This document shows positions 51,101 to 64,000 of a stretch of DNA of 64,000 nt, in pieces. Below the pieces are notes generated by a model. The model did no database searches and was not told the origin of the DNA. It saw only the letters and a list, made by a program, of their open reading frames with translations. Each line of letters begins with the position of its first letter. Positions within the stretch are counted from its first letter, which is position 1. A program made the position numbers and the translations under genes. The DNA is from Dicyema japonicum (Eukaryota; Animalia; Dicyemida), in contig RDEW01000063.1 of assembly GCA_011109175.1 (NCBI GenBank), forward strand, positions 162,965-226,964, read 5' to 3'.

Positions 51101-53206
51101 TACAAAGTTCTTATAGCATTTGATAGCAGACCTTCCTAACCATTCGGTATCTATAGTGGGCCCTCCAATCTCGAGTCCAAAGCGTACGAGGGACGTAGCT
51201 TCCGTTTTCGAGCTGATGACCAGCGCAAAGCGTTTTCCAGTCAGATTGCGCTTACTCCAAGGTCTTGTACAGTTACTACCAGTCTAGATAGTGAAACCTC
51301 CTATTACTGGAAACTGGCCCTTTGTGGTCTCTAACCCGGCTTTGATATCATTTTTATCTCATTTTGTGCCCACGAATAGAGTATTTCATCCCTAAAAAAC
51401 GGTGATGCAGACCAACCATGCATTCGAAGACTTTTGTACATCCTTCCCATTTTTGACGCAGCTGTTGAGTCCTTCACTCTCCCCACTTAAGGAGTTCTCT
51501 GGCTACCTTGGTTTAATCAAAATTTTTTCAGCGGACGGTAAGTCTGCTGCCTCATTGGTGGTGGCCATGTAAAGTTGTTCCCATATTGGAAATTATAGTC
51601 ATAGCATATTATAATTTCGTCATTTCGGTAGTTTGGATAACTTCCTTGTACTGCTTAAAGTCAGAGACAGCCACACGGTCAAAAATGTCTTTTATAATTT
51701 TTTTTTTCTAAATAAATGCTGTTTTCCCTGACAATGGTTTGTAACAAGTCTTCTTTGCTATGACATCATCGTCCTCATCAAATATCTTTTTATGCTGTGT
51801 CTCAAAAAACTAGAGATATTTCTTTTTCAGCATAGTATGTGCCATCCGGTTTCTTGAGCACAATCTTGTTTGATTGACTCTGGGTTCCTCATTCTTCGTA
51901 TAACTTCCAAAGAAGGATTCTGTTTGTTTAGCTTCCGTAGTTGAGAGTTCCACTTATTCTCATTCCAACTTTTAAATTTTTCCGACAACTGCTTTTGTAG
52001 TTCGCCAATTTTTTGAGGGTAAGCGGTCCGGCATCTCCTCAGTTTAGTTCTTAGATTATTTCTTTTCAACACAATTTTCTTGATGTGCCATGGACTAGGG
52101 ACAGTATTATCGTTTCTTGAGTATATTTTTCTAGCAAAGTTATCCAGATTGTATAATATCAGATCCGTTACTCGTTTACTTGTTTTATCAATTTGTTTTA
52201 TACGAGTCTTGGCTCGGTATGCCCTAACATCAATTCCTTTGCAATGAACATCCTATAGTGATTCCAGTTTAGATTCTTGGTATCGTAACCGACAAAGACT
52301 CCAGGTTCATTAATAATTTTCAAATCCACGGATATTAGCAATGGAATGTAGTCACTGACCGGAAGAGTAATTGGTACGTCGGCGTATTCTGAAATAGTAG
52401 GGGAAATCAAGAAGACACCAAGCTTGTCACCCCCGTAGGGAAAAAATGGTTATCCTCTTTCGGTGTAAGGACTTTTACTCTTAGGCTTTTTTGGATATAA
52501 TTTAGAATTATATATGTCTCCACCAGAGATGGTGAACCAGATGAAATACGATAACAATTCAAGCTCCCTCAACTAAAAAAAGAGGAGAACAGAAGAAACA
52601 AACAAAAAGACTCACTAATGACATTCTCACAACACATTGAAGAATTCTTGATAAAAGGGCTCGGAATTGAATGTATTGGAAGTAATTATAAAGAATAAGT
52701 TCCTTCCCTCCTATTGACTGCATATCCAGACCGTACAAAAAATTAATAAGCATGTCCATCATGGAAGTTTGCGATATACTCATCCAAACGCAACAAACTA
52801 AATACAATAAGACAGAGCTACATGTTAGCATCCCACTTTATATGAGAACATGGAGAATTAATATAAGAGAGTTTTACGGAAATTATTCTGAACTGAAAGT
52901 TAAAAATGGAACCCAACTTACGTTGATTTATATTGACAAAATTGTGATAGAGAGTAAGTTCATGAGATATTACACAGCCCAACCTCCATCGATAAAGATT
53001 CTTCATTTATTTAAATAATTTATATATAATATAGATCCTAACAAATTTGGTCGCAAAAAGAAGATGAGTTGAAAGCCACGTTGAACCGATTACTAGGTAT
53101 AACATCTTTGAAATCGAAAAGATTATTTCTTTATTATAAATAATATAATACAAATTTATAAATTCAAATAAAAAATTAAATTAAATTTATATTAAGGTCA
53201 TCAATT

Positions 53207-55524
53207 ATGGAAACACCTTCATTATATGCATTATGCATCAATAATATTCGAACGAACGTTATAGAACAAAAATATATAAAATTAAGCGATAAATCTAAGA
53301 AAATGATTTCCAAAAGAACTCTTAACGAATTGAAATATTTGATTCCTCACTCTAAGAGAGATCTACTTTTTAAAGATTCATTTTTAAATAAAATTTCAGA
53401 TGTAGTGCAGAAAGACATTTTTTGCATTCAGTTGACTAATCAAAATGTTGACATTAAGAAGGTTGTTAACATGATTCAAGTTTATCCAAATTTATCAAAT
53501 ATTACAATAAGAAGGATTGTTTCATCAGAAAAGAATCCTGAACTACCGTATTTATCAAATAACGTTAAATCATTCACACTCTGTAAGTACGATGACCCAG
53601 ATTTGCTAAATCAGTTATTTATGACTGGATTTAGAAAAATAAAGTATCTCACCCTCGTTGGACTCGGTGATAAAACCAAAATTAACAGTACATTGAAAAT
53701 AATAGAAAAACTGGAACGCATAAATTTTCACGATGTTTTTATTTTCCAATTTTGATAATTTTATTTCAACCCTAAACAGTCCAGAGTCTCTGAGGTAGAT
53801 TCTCTCTCAATTTTAGACATTTTATACATACAAGTTATTTTCGCTGCAATGGATGTGACAGTAATTTCTATTTTTTTTTCAAAAAAGCCAAGAACCTTAC
53901 TTACGTAAATTTATCTGGATGTTTTATTAAAAAAAGAAAACTAAAAAAGTTAACAAAGTTATTGATTTTAATAATCTTAGCAAAATTAAAAAAATGGGAT
54001 TTAAAAAATTTCAAGATGGGAAAATTTTACATTTCAGTAAAAATATAACCGATTCTGTATTTATATTAAAGAATATAGAATGATTCGGAATCAAATTTAA
54101 ATAACTTAGTAAGATCTGCACTTCGTTTAAATAACATTGATCTACTGGCGGGTTTTTTTGAGTCGATTGTTAGTTTTAAATTTAAAATTGAAAATAAATT
54201 ATTAAAACCATTTTTGAGAGTATTTTAAAATATAAATTTAGCTTCTCCGTCGCTTTTTATATGATTGTAAATATCTGTATTATATTTCAATTCTGTAATT
54301 TAATATTTTAATTTCAGGGATATTCTAACTAACATAATCATAAATCAACCAATTTCATATGCTGATACTTGGTATAAGTAGATTTCATCCATAGCTTTAT
54401 TTTTGATATTTTTCTTGACATTATTACGTATGAAAATATGTGTGATATAATACGATCTTTTTATTGTAAGTTTTTGGCTGATTTTAAACCGTGGAAGATA
54501 TCTATTTTTGTTAGTTAATTCTTATTTTTAGCTTCCTGCACTTTCAATTGTGTTAATAAAACTTCACTACTGGAAAAATGATTTTTATCGTCATCCTCGT
54601 TGTGTTGTAAAAAAATTGAGTATCAATCTTATGGCCTATCTTGGCTATTCTGAAGGACTTGTCAAAGTTCAAAGAACAATAAATTTTTAGTCATGCCTTG
54701 AACAGTTTAAAAAAGATGACAAAAATAATATACTCCGTTTTAGTTTGTTGAAGTGTCTTCTAGGTATTTAAAATATATTTTTGTAGACGAAAATGAAAAG
54801 AATGTGAATTTGTTTCTCCATAGTGGAATTTATTATATTTATATTTTTTCGACAGATTTTCTGTGTCTACCCATGAAGACAATTATATATTAATTCTTTT
54901 ATTTAAAATTGTAGAAAATATGGCTAAATCCTCAAACACCAGATATTTAATAAGGACGCATCGTCTACTAGATCTTATATTGTAATATTTTTGTTTATTG
55001 AAAAGGGAAATTGAATACTCAAACCGTTATACTGATGTCACCTATTTTTTATATAGATGTATCTGCCAGATATTATGTGATCCAAATGATATTTTTCCTA
55101 CTTTTTTGAATTCTGATTTTAGTGATTTGAATCCACGTGAACACATTCTAGAAAAAATTGTTCAGTTTATAAAAAAGCTTAATTATCCAATCACCAGTAA
55201 AATCAGAGATACGATAATTTCTTTTGATTTAGATATGAGGTATTTCCTAGGTATTTCCTAAGGTCAATGGAATCAACGATAAATTTATTAAATGTGAACA
55301 CAGATGAACGAATTTGGCTTTGGGCTGTGTGGGAATGTGCCAATCTAACATCATTGTATCATAATTCCTTAATTATGGACATGTTTGTTTCTCATAACAT
55401 TATTATGAAAATTGAGACTGTATGTTTACTATCCAATATGAAAGAGATCCATGACTATGCTGAGTTTTTTAAAAGAATATACAATGTTGTTTTTATAATT
55501 TAGAATTACATCAACCATCATTAA
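53207..55524 (+). CDS. ZYG-11/ZER1-like gene, second copy; a few apparent indels
   Basis: Same exon-intron structure as 43987-46305; extra T near 53745 frameshifts exon 1 as assembled. Confidence 0.7.
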
Positions 55525-55967
55525 AGTTAACATATTTGATAATTTCCATTAACTATTTTACTAATTGTTGTTGTGGTTTATTAATTAGTATGGTAGATTC
55601 ATAAATTATAGATATTGGAATGATTAAGAATCTACAGATATATATTTTCTTATTTTAAATTTATCACATAGTTAACGATTAGCAAGAAAGATTTCATTTT
55701 GAGGCTGGATTTGGTCAAATATTGAGAAAGGTGAGTCACATGACGTCACCTTACTTAGGCCACAAAAGCACGTATTTAGCGTATAATCAGAAGCTCATGT
55801 TGAACTCCCGCGACCCCTGGTTATACGTATTATAAGTCAATGATTCTTTAAAGAGTATTTTGTTCCAAAAGTCTTTTTTCCTATAACTTTAAGTACTCTT
55901 CTTGGCTATCTTCGATCTTTATGTTATTTATTTAGCAAAGAATGGATGCTTGAATCGAATGCGTAAA

Positions 55968-56350
55968 AGTTTATTATTTATTTGATTAACCCATGATAAC
56001 GGGTAAAATTAAAAAAATTAAACACTACCGCGTTGCCATAAGCACGTAAAATGCCTAGGGTTTCGCTTGTGCAGAACACATATTTTATTTAAGTAAAAAA
56101 CAGTTATTATAACTAATCGTAGAGGGAGAACCAAGGAATGCTCTTCACTTCTTTGTTTTTTTTTCTTTTTCTTGTGTTTATGTCCTTTTGACTACCCAGT
56201 TCCGCAATGAATCTTCACTGATGACTCGTCAAGCCCTTTCCGCATCGTATATGGTGGAACCTTCCACCAGGTGAACAGCAGCGAGAATCGAACCCGTGAC
56301 CTAAGCCACTTTAGCCCGACACCTAACCACTATGCCACCTGGCTAACTGG
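55968..56350 (-). mobile_element. tRNA-derived SINE (duplicated copy)
   Basis: Near-identical to 46750-47131. Confidence 0.75.
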
Positions 56351-56369
56351 TTAAATAAAAAGGAAAAAG

Positions 56370-57330
56370 TTTCCAACTATGTCGTACGTTGGACGATTCA
56401 TTTCCTGCACATCTGTTTTCACTTACGGCCTGCAAACCTTTGGTCAGAAGGATTCTACACTCCCTACCCGAATTCTCAATTGACCAAGACATAATCCACG
56501 CACGAGAAGCCTGGAATGCCACCAACCTCCCCATGTTTCCTTCACAAGACTGCCAGCGAAACCTGGACAATTTATTATGTTGGAATTCATTTGGACTCCT
56601 ACTGGAATCAGCCAATCAACACCGACGTGCTTGTTTGCTTTCGGGGGCTTCCCCTGAGAGCGGATCTTGGCTAAACGCCATCCCCAATGGAGTTATAGGA
56701 ACCTTTACTGGATGATGAATGCGTTAGAAGTGCTATCTCTCTGCGGCTGGGACTAAAAGTATATTTACCTCACCCGTGCTGATGTGGTATTCTGATAGAC
56801 TGCTATGGCCTGCATTCTCTTGCCTGCAAGATGTGCGCTGGTAGATCCCCAAGACACAAGGCTCTGAATGAGATTGTCAAGAAAGCTTTGGATGTCGCTG
56901 GATACTCGGCCATTTTTGAACCGGTCGGGTTATGCAGAAATGACGGGAAACGACCGGACGGACCATATTTCCTTTTGAAACCGGGAAACCACTTGTTTGG
57001 GGCGAGACATGTACAGACACGTTCTCCCCGAACAATCTTCACGAGTACGCTTCAAGGTCCTGCTTTTCAGCCGTCAAGACGGAAAAGGCCAATCTTGAAA
57101 AATACGTCGACCTTCCCGATAATGTCAAATTTGTTAGTTTTGCTATGGAGACTTCCGGATCCTACTCCTCCTCTACACTCGAGTTTTTCGGACGTCTTGG
57201 AAACTGGATCACCTAATGCACTGGAGATCTCCGTGAACACCGCTGGCTAATTGAGCGAATTTTGCTCGCAAGGAACAGCCGCGCAGTTAAGGCGGAAACT
57301 AACTAACTTATGTTTTGACCAAAATAAAAT
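56370..57330 (+). mobile_element. CRE-like LINE 3' portion (duplicated copy)
   Basis: Near-identical to 47150-48110. Confidence 0.8.
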
Positions 57331-60300
57331 ACCAGATAAAAAATGTAATTCAGACTGTTAATGGAGTTGTCGAGTCTAGTGGAGACAGTAGTCAAATGTA
57401 GCCTGCCTCATTGGACAAGGTTTTAGCTCCTAATTTTATCTTGAGAATATTTCATCCAGTGTTCTCTGGGATTTGGCTGCCCTTAAGGATCTTCCTCTGT
57501 TCCTCAGTGACTTGTCCTTAATGGAGACAGAGGCTGTCTCCGTTCCTGCCACTCTTGGATGGCTGACAGTTTCATGAGATGGACATCGTCCAGAAGCTTA
57601 TAGTACCATTGGCATGATAAATTATCGGAAGATAGGATTTAATGATTCCGTTTTTATTTCAAGACATCAAGCGACGATTTTAAACACCTTTTATTAATCG
57701 CAGCTAATATAGTTTTTGATGTGTTAGCAAAGAGTCCCTGATCAAAGTTGACCTCCAAATATTGGTTTTTAGTCTAACTATTAATAAAAAAGGGACAGCT
57801 TGAACTATGCCACATGGCGCCAAAGTTAATGTGGTGCAATGTGGTTTCTTGAATTGAAGATTTTTATTTGTTTCTTCTGTTCCACCTATTCAACCATAGG
57901 GAGCTTAAATTGTTAGCGTATGTCATGTTGTCCACCATCTCTAGTGGAGACAGATATAATCCTAAATTAAATCCAAAAAACACGAGTCAACAACCGTCCA
58001 GAGGAGTTTTCCCTGTAGGCTTTTCCATAAAGTTGGATCATGCAAAGACTTCTGTGAAAGGCTGGATTACCTGAATCTTTTCATACTTGTTTTGTTGGGG
58101 GTCTTCTGATTCAATAAATTTAAATTTAAGGATTCTTGACTCGATACAGAGCTGTCTTATGTACGTGGTAAGCAATGTGACAGAATTTTATTTCTGATGT
58201 TGAGCCTCTTCTTGGAGAGCCACAGTTTCTGCTTGTCGAGCATTTTTTTGACGGACTGAGTAGCTGATTGAATGTTTTTTCTCTTCCTGGAAAGAATAAT
58301 GTTGTTGTCGCAGGAGACGACGAGATAATTCTCATTGCTGGTTTGAGGCATTTCGTTTTGCAGAGGTTGGATTGTTGGAGTGACAGTGGGGAACTCTTAG
58401 GGACTCAATTTGGGGAGTTAGTTGATTTCATGCCGCAAATCCTGCAAACGCTTGGACTCTTCTCTGCGCTCTCTTATAGTTTGTTCTGTGCTGCAACATA
58501 CGGCATCTCTATTAGGAAGTTTTCCATTTTTTTCCGCTGCATCTATTATCGACATTACTAGCAAATTTTCATCTTCATCTAGCTTCTCGTCGAAACCTTT
58601 GTGTAGGGCAATCTTGATCCCTGGTCTCCTCGATTTTTCAAGAAGCAAGATAAAACGCTCTTTGTATGCAGTGTAATACCATCCTTCCAGTCCATAAGGG
58701 AGTGATGGACTGATCGTACGTGAAAAAATATATAAAAACATATCCGTTTCGAGTCTCAATTTCCTCATACACAATAACGCATGGTGGGTTTTCATCCTTT
58801 TTTAGTTTAAAATCGCACAACGTGCTCCCAGATTTTGCAAAAGCTGTTCCGAGATACTTCAGGGAGCTCACAATGTTGATTCAACAGTCGCTTTGAACCT
58901 TATCAGCGACTAATTTATAGTGGATCATCTCGTCTTTTCTAGAATTTTCTCGACTCGTAGGGATAGAAGAACAATTCCTCAAGGCAGAGAAAAGTATTCC
59001 ACCGAATCTTGAGCTTTCACTAAGGCAGCATCACATTAATTCAGAATCCTCTCACATCGAAGTGGATTTCTGATTTTACCTCTTCTCCATTTGGTGAATT
59101 GAAAAATTCGACCGTTCTTCCTGGGACATATCTGCGTCTGTGATCAAACCTCCGGAAATTATGTCCAAGGAGTATATAATTCACAAGGTTGTGGAAAATA
59201 ATTTGTATTTCCACGTGGACAATCCACCACTAAGTTTTTCCACCACTATGACGTAAGATCTCCTGTCTCGGTGCATGATGTTTTCGTAGGACAGAAAATT
59301 CTTTTATCCAGCTTTAAACTTCCATCCTAGGCAACTCCTAGAAAAAGCAATAAATTTGTTTCTGTATAGTCAAGATCTCTCTAATTAAGGCGTTGGATCC
59401 ATAATGTCTACACCAGGCTGTCAAACACGAGGGCACAAAAGATTATTTTACAGTCGACGACATTGGGGCGGACTGCGTCATTATAATGAAACCACCAGAA
59501 GGAAAGCAGTGGATTTTTCTCAGTGACGTCAAATTGATAGGTCGCTGTTATGAGCGTTCTACGTGGTCAGACAATCTCAGCTTAAACTTTACATTCCCAG
59601 AGAAACGATGCTGTCATAAAAGTGCTTGCATCCAAGTATTTAGCGGAGCACCTTGCACGTAGCTTCCGTCGATTAGATGATACTTAAATTGTTTCACTTA
59701 TTGGCAATAATTTTAACAAATTTTAAAACTAATAAATTTTTCTTGCGGAATCGTGCCGGTTATTATATTGTCTTTATAAAGCACTGCGCAAACTGAACCA
59801 TTTAGAATGACATCTGCTAAGAAGAGTACCTGGCTTTTGGGATACCTTCCTGAGAAGATTATAAATTTCAGAAAGTTTTCAACAAGGATTATCGCAGTGT
59901 TCGGTTTCGCCTATAGTTGTTTTCTTCCACAAAATCAACAAAATCTTCTCAGAGAACATGGTTGACTGATGAACACTTGTCATCCCTGATCAAGGTCGGA
60001 ACTACAAATACATTTCAGATATACCATTGTCATCAAAAGAGATGCACCTCAGGACAAAACAAGACAAAAGAGTAATTTTTGGAAAAAAATGATTAGAATT
60101 GTTATATTTGTCGTTGTGGAGGGTTATCGCAATATAGCCGTTGTAGTAGGCTTGTAAATTATTAAATACGCTTCAATAAGATAAGGTGATTATCAGATTT
60201 GGTAGTGCGGTCAGATTGTATGCAAAAATAATCTTATGCGGTCCCTGGAGCTATTTGAGTTTGACATGAATGGTCTACACAACGTCCAATCTTAAAGTGG

Positions 60301-62624
60301 CCCCTATTTTTTCCCCCGATCTCCCCTGTGATATAATACGGAATCATCGCTGTCTTTTCCAAAAGCATTCCGATAGTTCATAAAAGTCTGTAACACGGAA
60401 ACACGGACATTTATTGGTAATCGCGGGTATTGACTCCAATCACTCGGTCATATAATCTAGATAACATCATCAGTTCTCCCAATCTCCATATTAATATTTT
60501 ACTTTTGGTGGATATGGGTGCTCCCAGTATACTGTAAAACAGTTGAGTATTCCGTTATAAATGAAGGGGAGACAAGGAAAACTATAAGTTTATCTCCGCC
60601 AGATGGAGAATGATGATTAACCTTCTTAGAAGTTTGCACTTCAAATCCCACAGTCGATAAAATTTTTAAGTAACGTTGATCTATCCCCCATCCGTCTACA
60701 GAGTGAAGTTTAAAATTTCTCACATCTTATTCATTTATTATGACGTCAGCCTGCTCTGCTTTCATCAATAGTCTTAGCTCTCTGTGACCCTTCCAATTTG
60801 GAAGTTTAAGCAATTTTTGACTCCTCCGTTTTCTGGTATTTTCCATTGATGAACTCCACGTTTTGACTTTTTTGTAAAGTCTCGTAGGTCCACTGCATCA
60901 TTTCACTTTTGTGCAGAACAATATACAAAGTTCTTATAGCATTTGATAGTAGACCTTCCTAACCATTCGGTATCTATAGTGGGTTCTCCAATCTCGAGTC
61001 CAAAGCGTACGAGGGACGTAGCTTCCGTTTTCGAGCTGATGACCAGCGCAAAGCGTTTGCCAGTCAGATTGCGCTTACTCCAAGGTCTTGTACATTTACT
61101 ACCAGTCTAGATAGTGAGACCTCCTATTACTGGAGACTGGCCCTTTGTGGTCTCTAACCCGGCTTTGATATCATTACCTCATTTCGTGCCCACGAATAGA
61201 GTATTTTTTTATCCTTAAAAAACGGTGATGCAGACCAACCATGCATTCGAGGACTTCTTGTACATCCTTCCCATTTTCGAAGCAGCTGTTGAGTCCTTCA
61301 CAGATTGTCAAATTTTTATTTTAGATGGTTTATCACTAATCGCCATCTTCACTTCCCCAAAGATTATTGATTCCCTTAAAAACGACACACATGCTTCCCC
61401 ACCAGTCCCATATGCTACTAGTGTATCGAATAACAAATTTTCGATATCTTCCGGGACCTAACTTACGCGTCACCATGCGAAGAGTAGCTACTTTCCTACC
61501 CTAGCAGTCCTCCTTGTGAGAGACGAGGTTACTTTTTTTATCATTAGCAATCCTTAATTACAAAACTTGTCTCTAACTCTTGTAACTCAATGTAAGAGGT
61601 CCAAACGGTCTTGCCATACATCATCTCAGTCCGAATTGGTTTTTTGCTTTGACCGATCTAATCAAACACTTAATCACGGATTGGTAATTTTCATTGCAAA
61701 AAATCAACGATTATTTATATTTTGTACCTTAAGCACGATCCTTCCGATCCCTCTTCCTACCGTCCTATCTCCCTCCTGTAAGTTGTTTCCAAAATTACAG
61801 AACGACACTATATTTCATCAACTGTACCTGCCGAATCTCAACAAGGATTTCCTGTTTTCCACACGAGTACAACATACTCATAAAGTTACTCAATTTACCA
61901 CGGATTGATCTAATGACTACAAAATTCGAGAGAGCAGTAACTCCACCAGTTGTCATAAACAAAACGTTAGAAAAAGTAAAAGCTTCTCAACACCGAGATT
62001 CGGGTACCTACCTAGTGGTGTTATCTAAGACTCGGCGAATTAATGAAGAATGTTTATTAACAAGAAATTGAGGTCAAACGTGTGAGACAGTAAAAGTAAC
62101 GGGGTATTCATTGGCCTGGAATCTCATTGGGTTCCCTTCACAACTGGTTTAATTCCTGATGACTGGTAATCTCGAGGAAGAACATAATCCTCTCCCCCAT
62201 AGTCTCTCTAACCGTTTTCAGTGGCGTTTCTTGTTCAATACTCAAAACCATTCGAGTCTCAATTAAAGCGCAAATTAAATACTAATTCTTCTCGATCTTT
62301 CTAGAATCATAATGATCCTTCCTGACCCCTCGCATCCTTAGACAAGTGAGCCGAATATTAAGAAACAAATGTCTCCACAAATAAATTGTATTACATTAAA
62401 GTTTATCTACCCCACGTAATGCCCTGCAAACCTACACATATCCTTAAAGGGGGTAATGTTTATTGATCTCAGAAAGAAGGAGTTACCCATGTTTTGCAAT
62501 AATAACAGCACTTTAACGTGACTCAATATATATCCGCATGTGGAAGCAACACTTTGTTAGAGTGAAGAACAATTATGCCAACTAATCGTTGAAAGGGGGA
62601 TAAGGCATGTTATTAACTTTGTTG

Positions 62625-62795
62625 GTCACGTGTGAGTCCCTGTAGACAATCCGGTTCTGCAATGAGGTATCGCTGATGAGGGGTCACTCGTCAAGCCAGG
62701 AAGCTCCGTAGATGTCAAGAACCTTCAGCTGGAGTAGACAGCAGCAAGATTAGAGCCGTGACCCTGCACTTATGCATTGCTTTACCATGTCATGG
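62625..62795 (-). mobile_element. Diverged copy of the SINE family
   Basis: ggcttgacgagtgacccctcatcagcga...tcattgcagaaccgg body; decayed head. Confidence 0.55.
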
Positions 62796-63402
62796 AAAAG
62801 TGCATTAAAGTTGTATCAGCAAAAACCATAATTTATTGAAACCAATTGACATTTACAAAATGTTTACAATTAATTAAAAATACACTAAATTGTGGAGTTT
62901 ATAATTTTTCAAAAACATTTACTAAAATAACTCATCTTTACATAATGGAAAATTCAAAATGTCTTAAACGAACACAATCAGTGCCAACTTATAGACAACC
63001 CGTCAAAGTGCCATTCTTCCGAAAACTACAACTTCCTAATTTTAGGAGGAAATTATAGTAATTATGAAATTATATTAATTATGAAATTAGTAGATAACAG
63101 CCACAATAAAACATTTATGAAATGTGATTAATAAAACCATAATTTCCACGTGAAAAGCATGCAATGTTTGTTTATTCCAGCAAATCAACTAAGTAGACGT
63201 GCAGCCACTGTATAATAGAATGTCTCCGATAGTTAGGGAATTATAAATTTTGTAAAATTTAAATATAGGTGGTAGTTTATGTCAAATAATAATATAATTA
63301 TAAAAATAATTAATTTTAAGAATATTTTAAAATTCCAAATTTAAATAAAATTGTAACGCTTCGTGTCAATTAGTTTGTTGTTATTGTTGCATTTTTTAGC
63401 TA

Positions 63403-63855
63403 ATGGAAAGTAATGAAGATATCACTTCTCCACCAGTTCTATGCAGAAATGGATGTGGATTTTATGGGACTCCTTCAAATGGAGGGTACTGCTCCAAATG
63501 CTATAAGGAATTTGCTGCTGAATTTGAAGGTATTTCGTCATTCATTAATGATGACGTCATAGATTACAAATCAATGACTCCTTCTATAAATGAGGAGCCC
63601 ATACTCCCTACAGATGAGTTTGTCCCTGAAGCTCCTGAACCAGTTCTTGAATCAAAGCAGAAAAGGAAACGTTGTGGAAAGTGTAACGCCAAAGTTGGAT
63701 TGGCTGGATTTTCCTGTCGTTGTGGGGGGCTTTATTGTTCGATATGTCGTTACAGTGATATTCACAGCTGCACATTTGATTATAAATCACTCGGACAGAG
63801 TGAAGTCCGGAAGAATAACCCATTAGTAAAGGGAGAACGACTTAAAAAGATTTAA
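63403..63855 (+). CDS. ZFAND5: A20/AN1 zinc finger protein (ZFAND5/6-like)
   Basis: LCRNGCGFYG...GYCSKCYKE (A20) and RC.KC..KVGL.GF.CRCG.LYC..CRYSD.H.C.FDYK...NP.V...K (AN1); intact ORF; ZFAND5 versus ZFAND6 not resolvable. Confidence 0.93.
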   Translation: MESNEDITSPPVLCRNGCGFYGTPSNGGYCSKCYKEFAAEFEGISSFINDDVIDYKSMTPSINEEPILPTDEFVPEAPEPVLESKQKRKRCGKCNAKVGLAGFSCRCGGLYCSICRYSDIHSCTFDYKSLGQSEVRKNNPLVKGERLKKI

Positions 63856-64000
63856 TGAACGCGGTTGACTCAAATATTAGCCATTTACTTACACCTCTTT
63901 ATTATTAGGATTATTCCTTATCATTGGTTGTGGTACGTCCTGACTGTCTTTATTGATTTATGTATATGATAGTTGGTTATACCTGCCCTATTTTGACATT

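Larger units (their letters stand above)
40581..51477 (+). repeat. Tandem segmental duplication, unit A
   Basis: Colinear and near-identical to 51475-61301; junction microhomology cac. Confidence 0.9.
51475..61301 (+). repeat. Tandem segmental duplication, unit B
   Basis: Copy of 40581-51477, lacking about 40812-42620 and retaining four segments absent from unit A. Confidence 0.9.

Noticed and set aside
51150-51210. HDV-like ribozyme (minus strand CGT-CCCTCGT-ACG resembles P3/L3) upstream of a LINE remnant
   Set aside because: I could not build a 6-7 bp P1 or a convincing P2; an RNArobo or Infernal search of the family consensus would be needed
62660-62700. ctgatgag in the SINE body as a hammerhead ribozyme core (also 46998 and 7376)
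   Set aside because: No GAAA after stem II in either orientation; it is one arm of a simple hairpin
43987-63855. ZER1-like and ZFAND genes as a ubiquitin-pathway cluster
   Set aside because: Separated by about 8 kb of transposon debris, with no evidence of co-regulation

Overview
AT-rich eukaryotic, probably animal, genomic DNA read with the standard code. It is dominated by decayed non-LTR retrotransposons (Vingi/Ingi-like, CRE-like, RTE-like, R4/Dong-like, I/Jockey-like), with a tRNA-headed SINE family, Ginger-like DDE integrase fragments and a hAT fossil. Host genes are split by tiny GT-AG introns of about 21-28 nt, which hides them from the ORF track; introns this short are reported for dicyemids and a few other compact genomes, so the taxon is only an inference. 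Splicing by hand gives two near-complete ZYG-11/ZER1-like CRL2 substrate-receptor genes (12 introns each) inside a ~10 kb tandem duplication, plus two partial copies. It also gives an orphan type-I membrane protein gene. A ZFAND5/6-like A20/AN1 gene and a tRNA-Leu(TAG) are present. Highlights: (1) a divergent patch in the middle of the ZER1-like paralogues; (2) an in-frame ZER1-exon-1/integrase chimera joined inside a tiny intron; (3) a full-length 2A-peptide-bearing Vingi-like LINE whose 12-bp TSD duplicates the host start codon; (4) transposases with tiny introns at differing positions; (5) a SINE that appears to carry two LINE-type tails. All family assignments come from motif recognition by eye, with no database search. 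Scattered 1-nt indels may be assembly errors.
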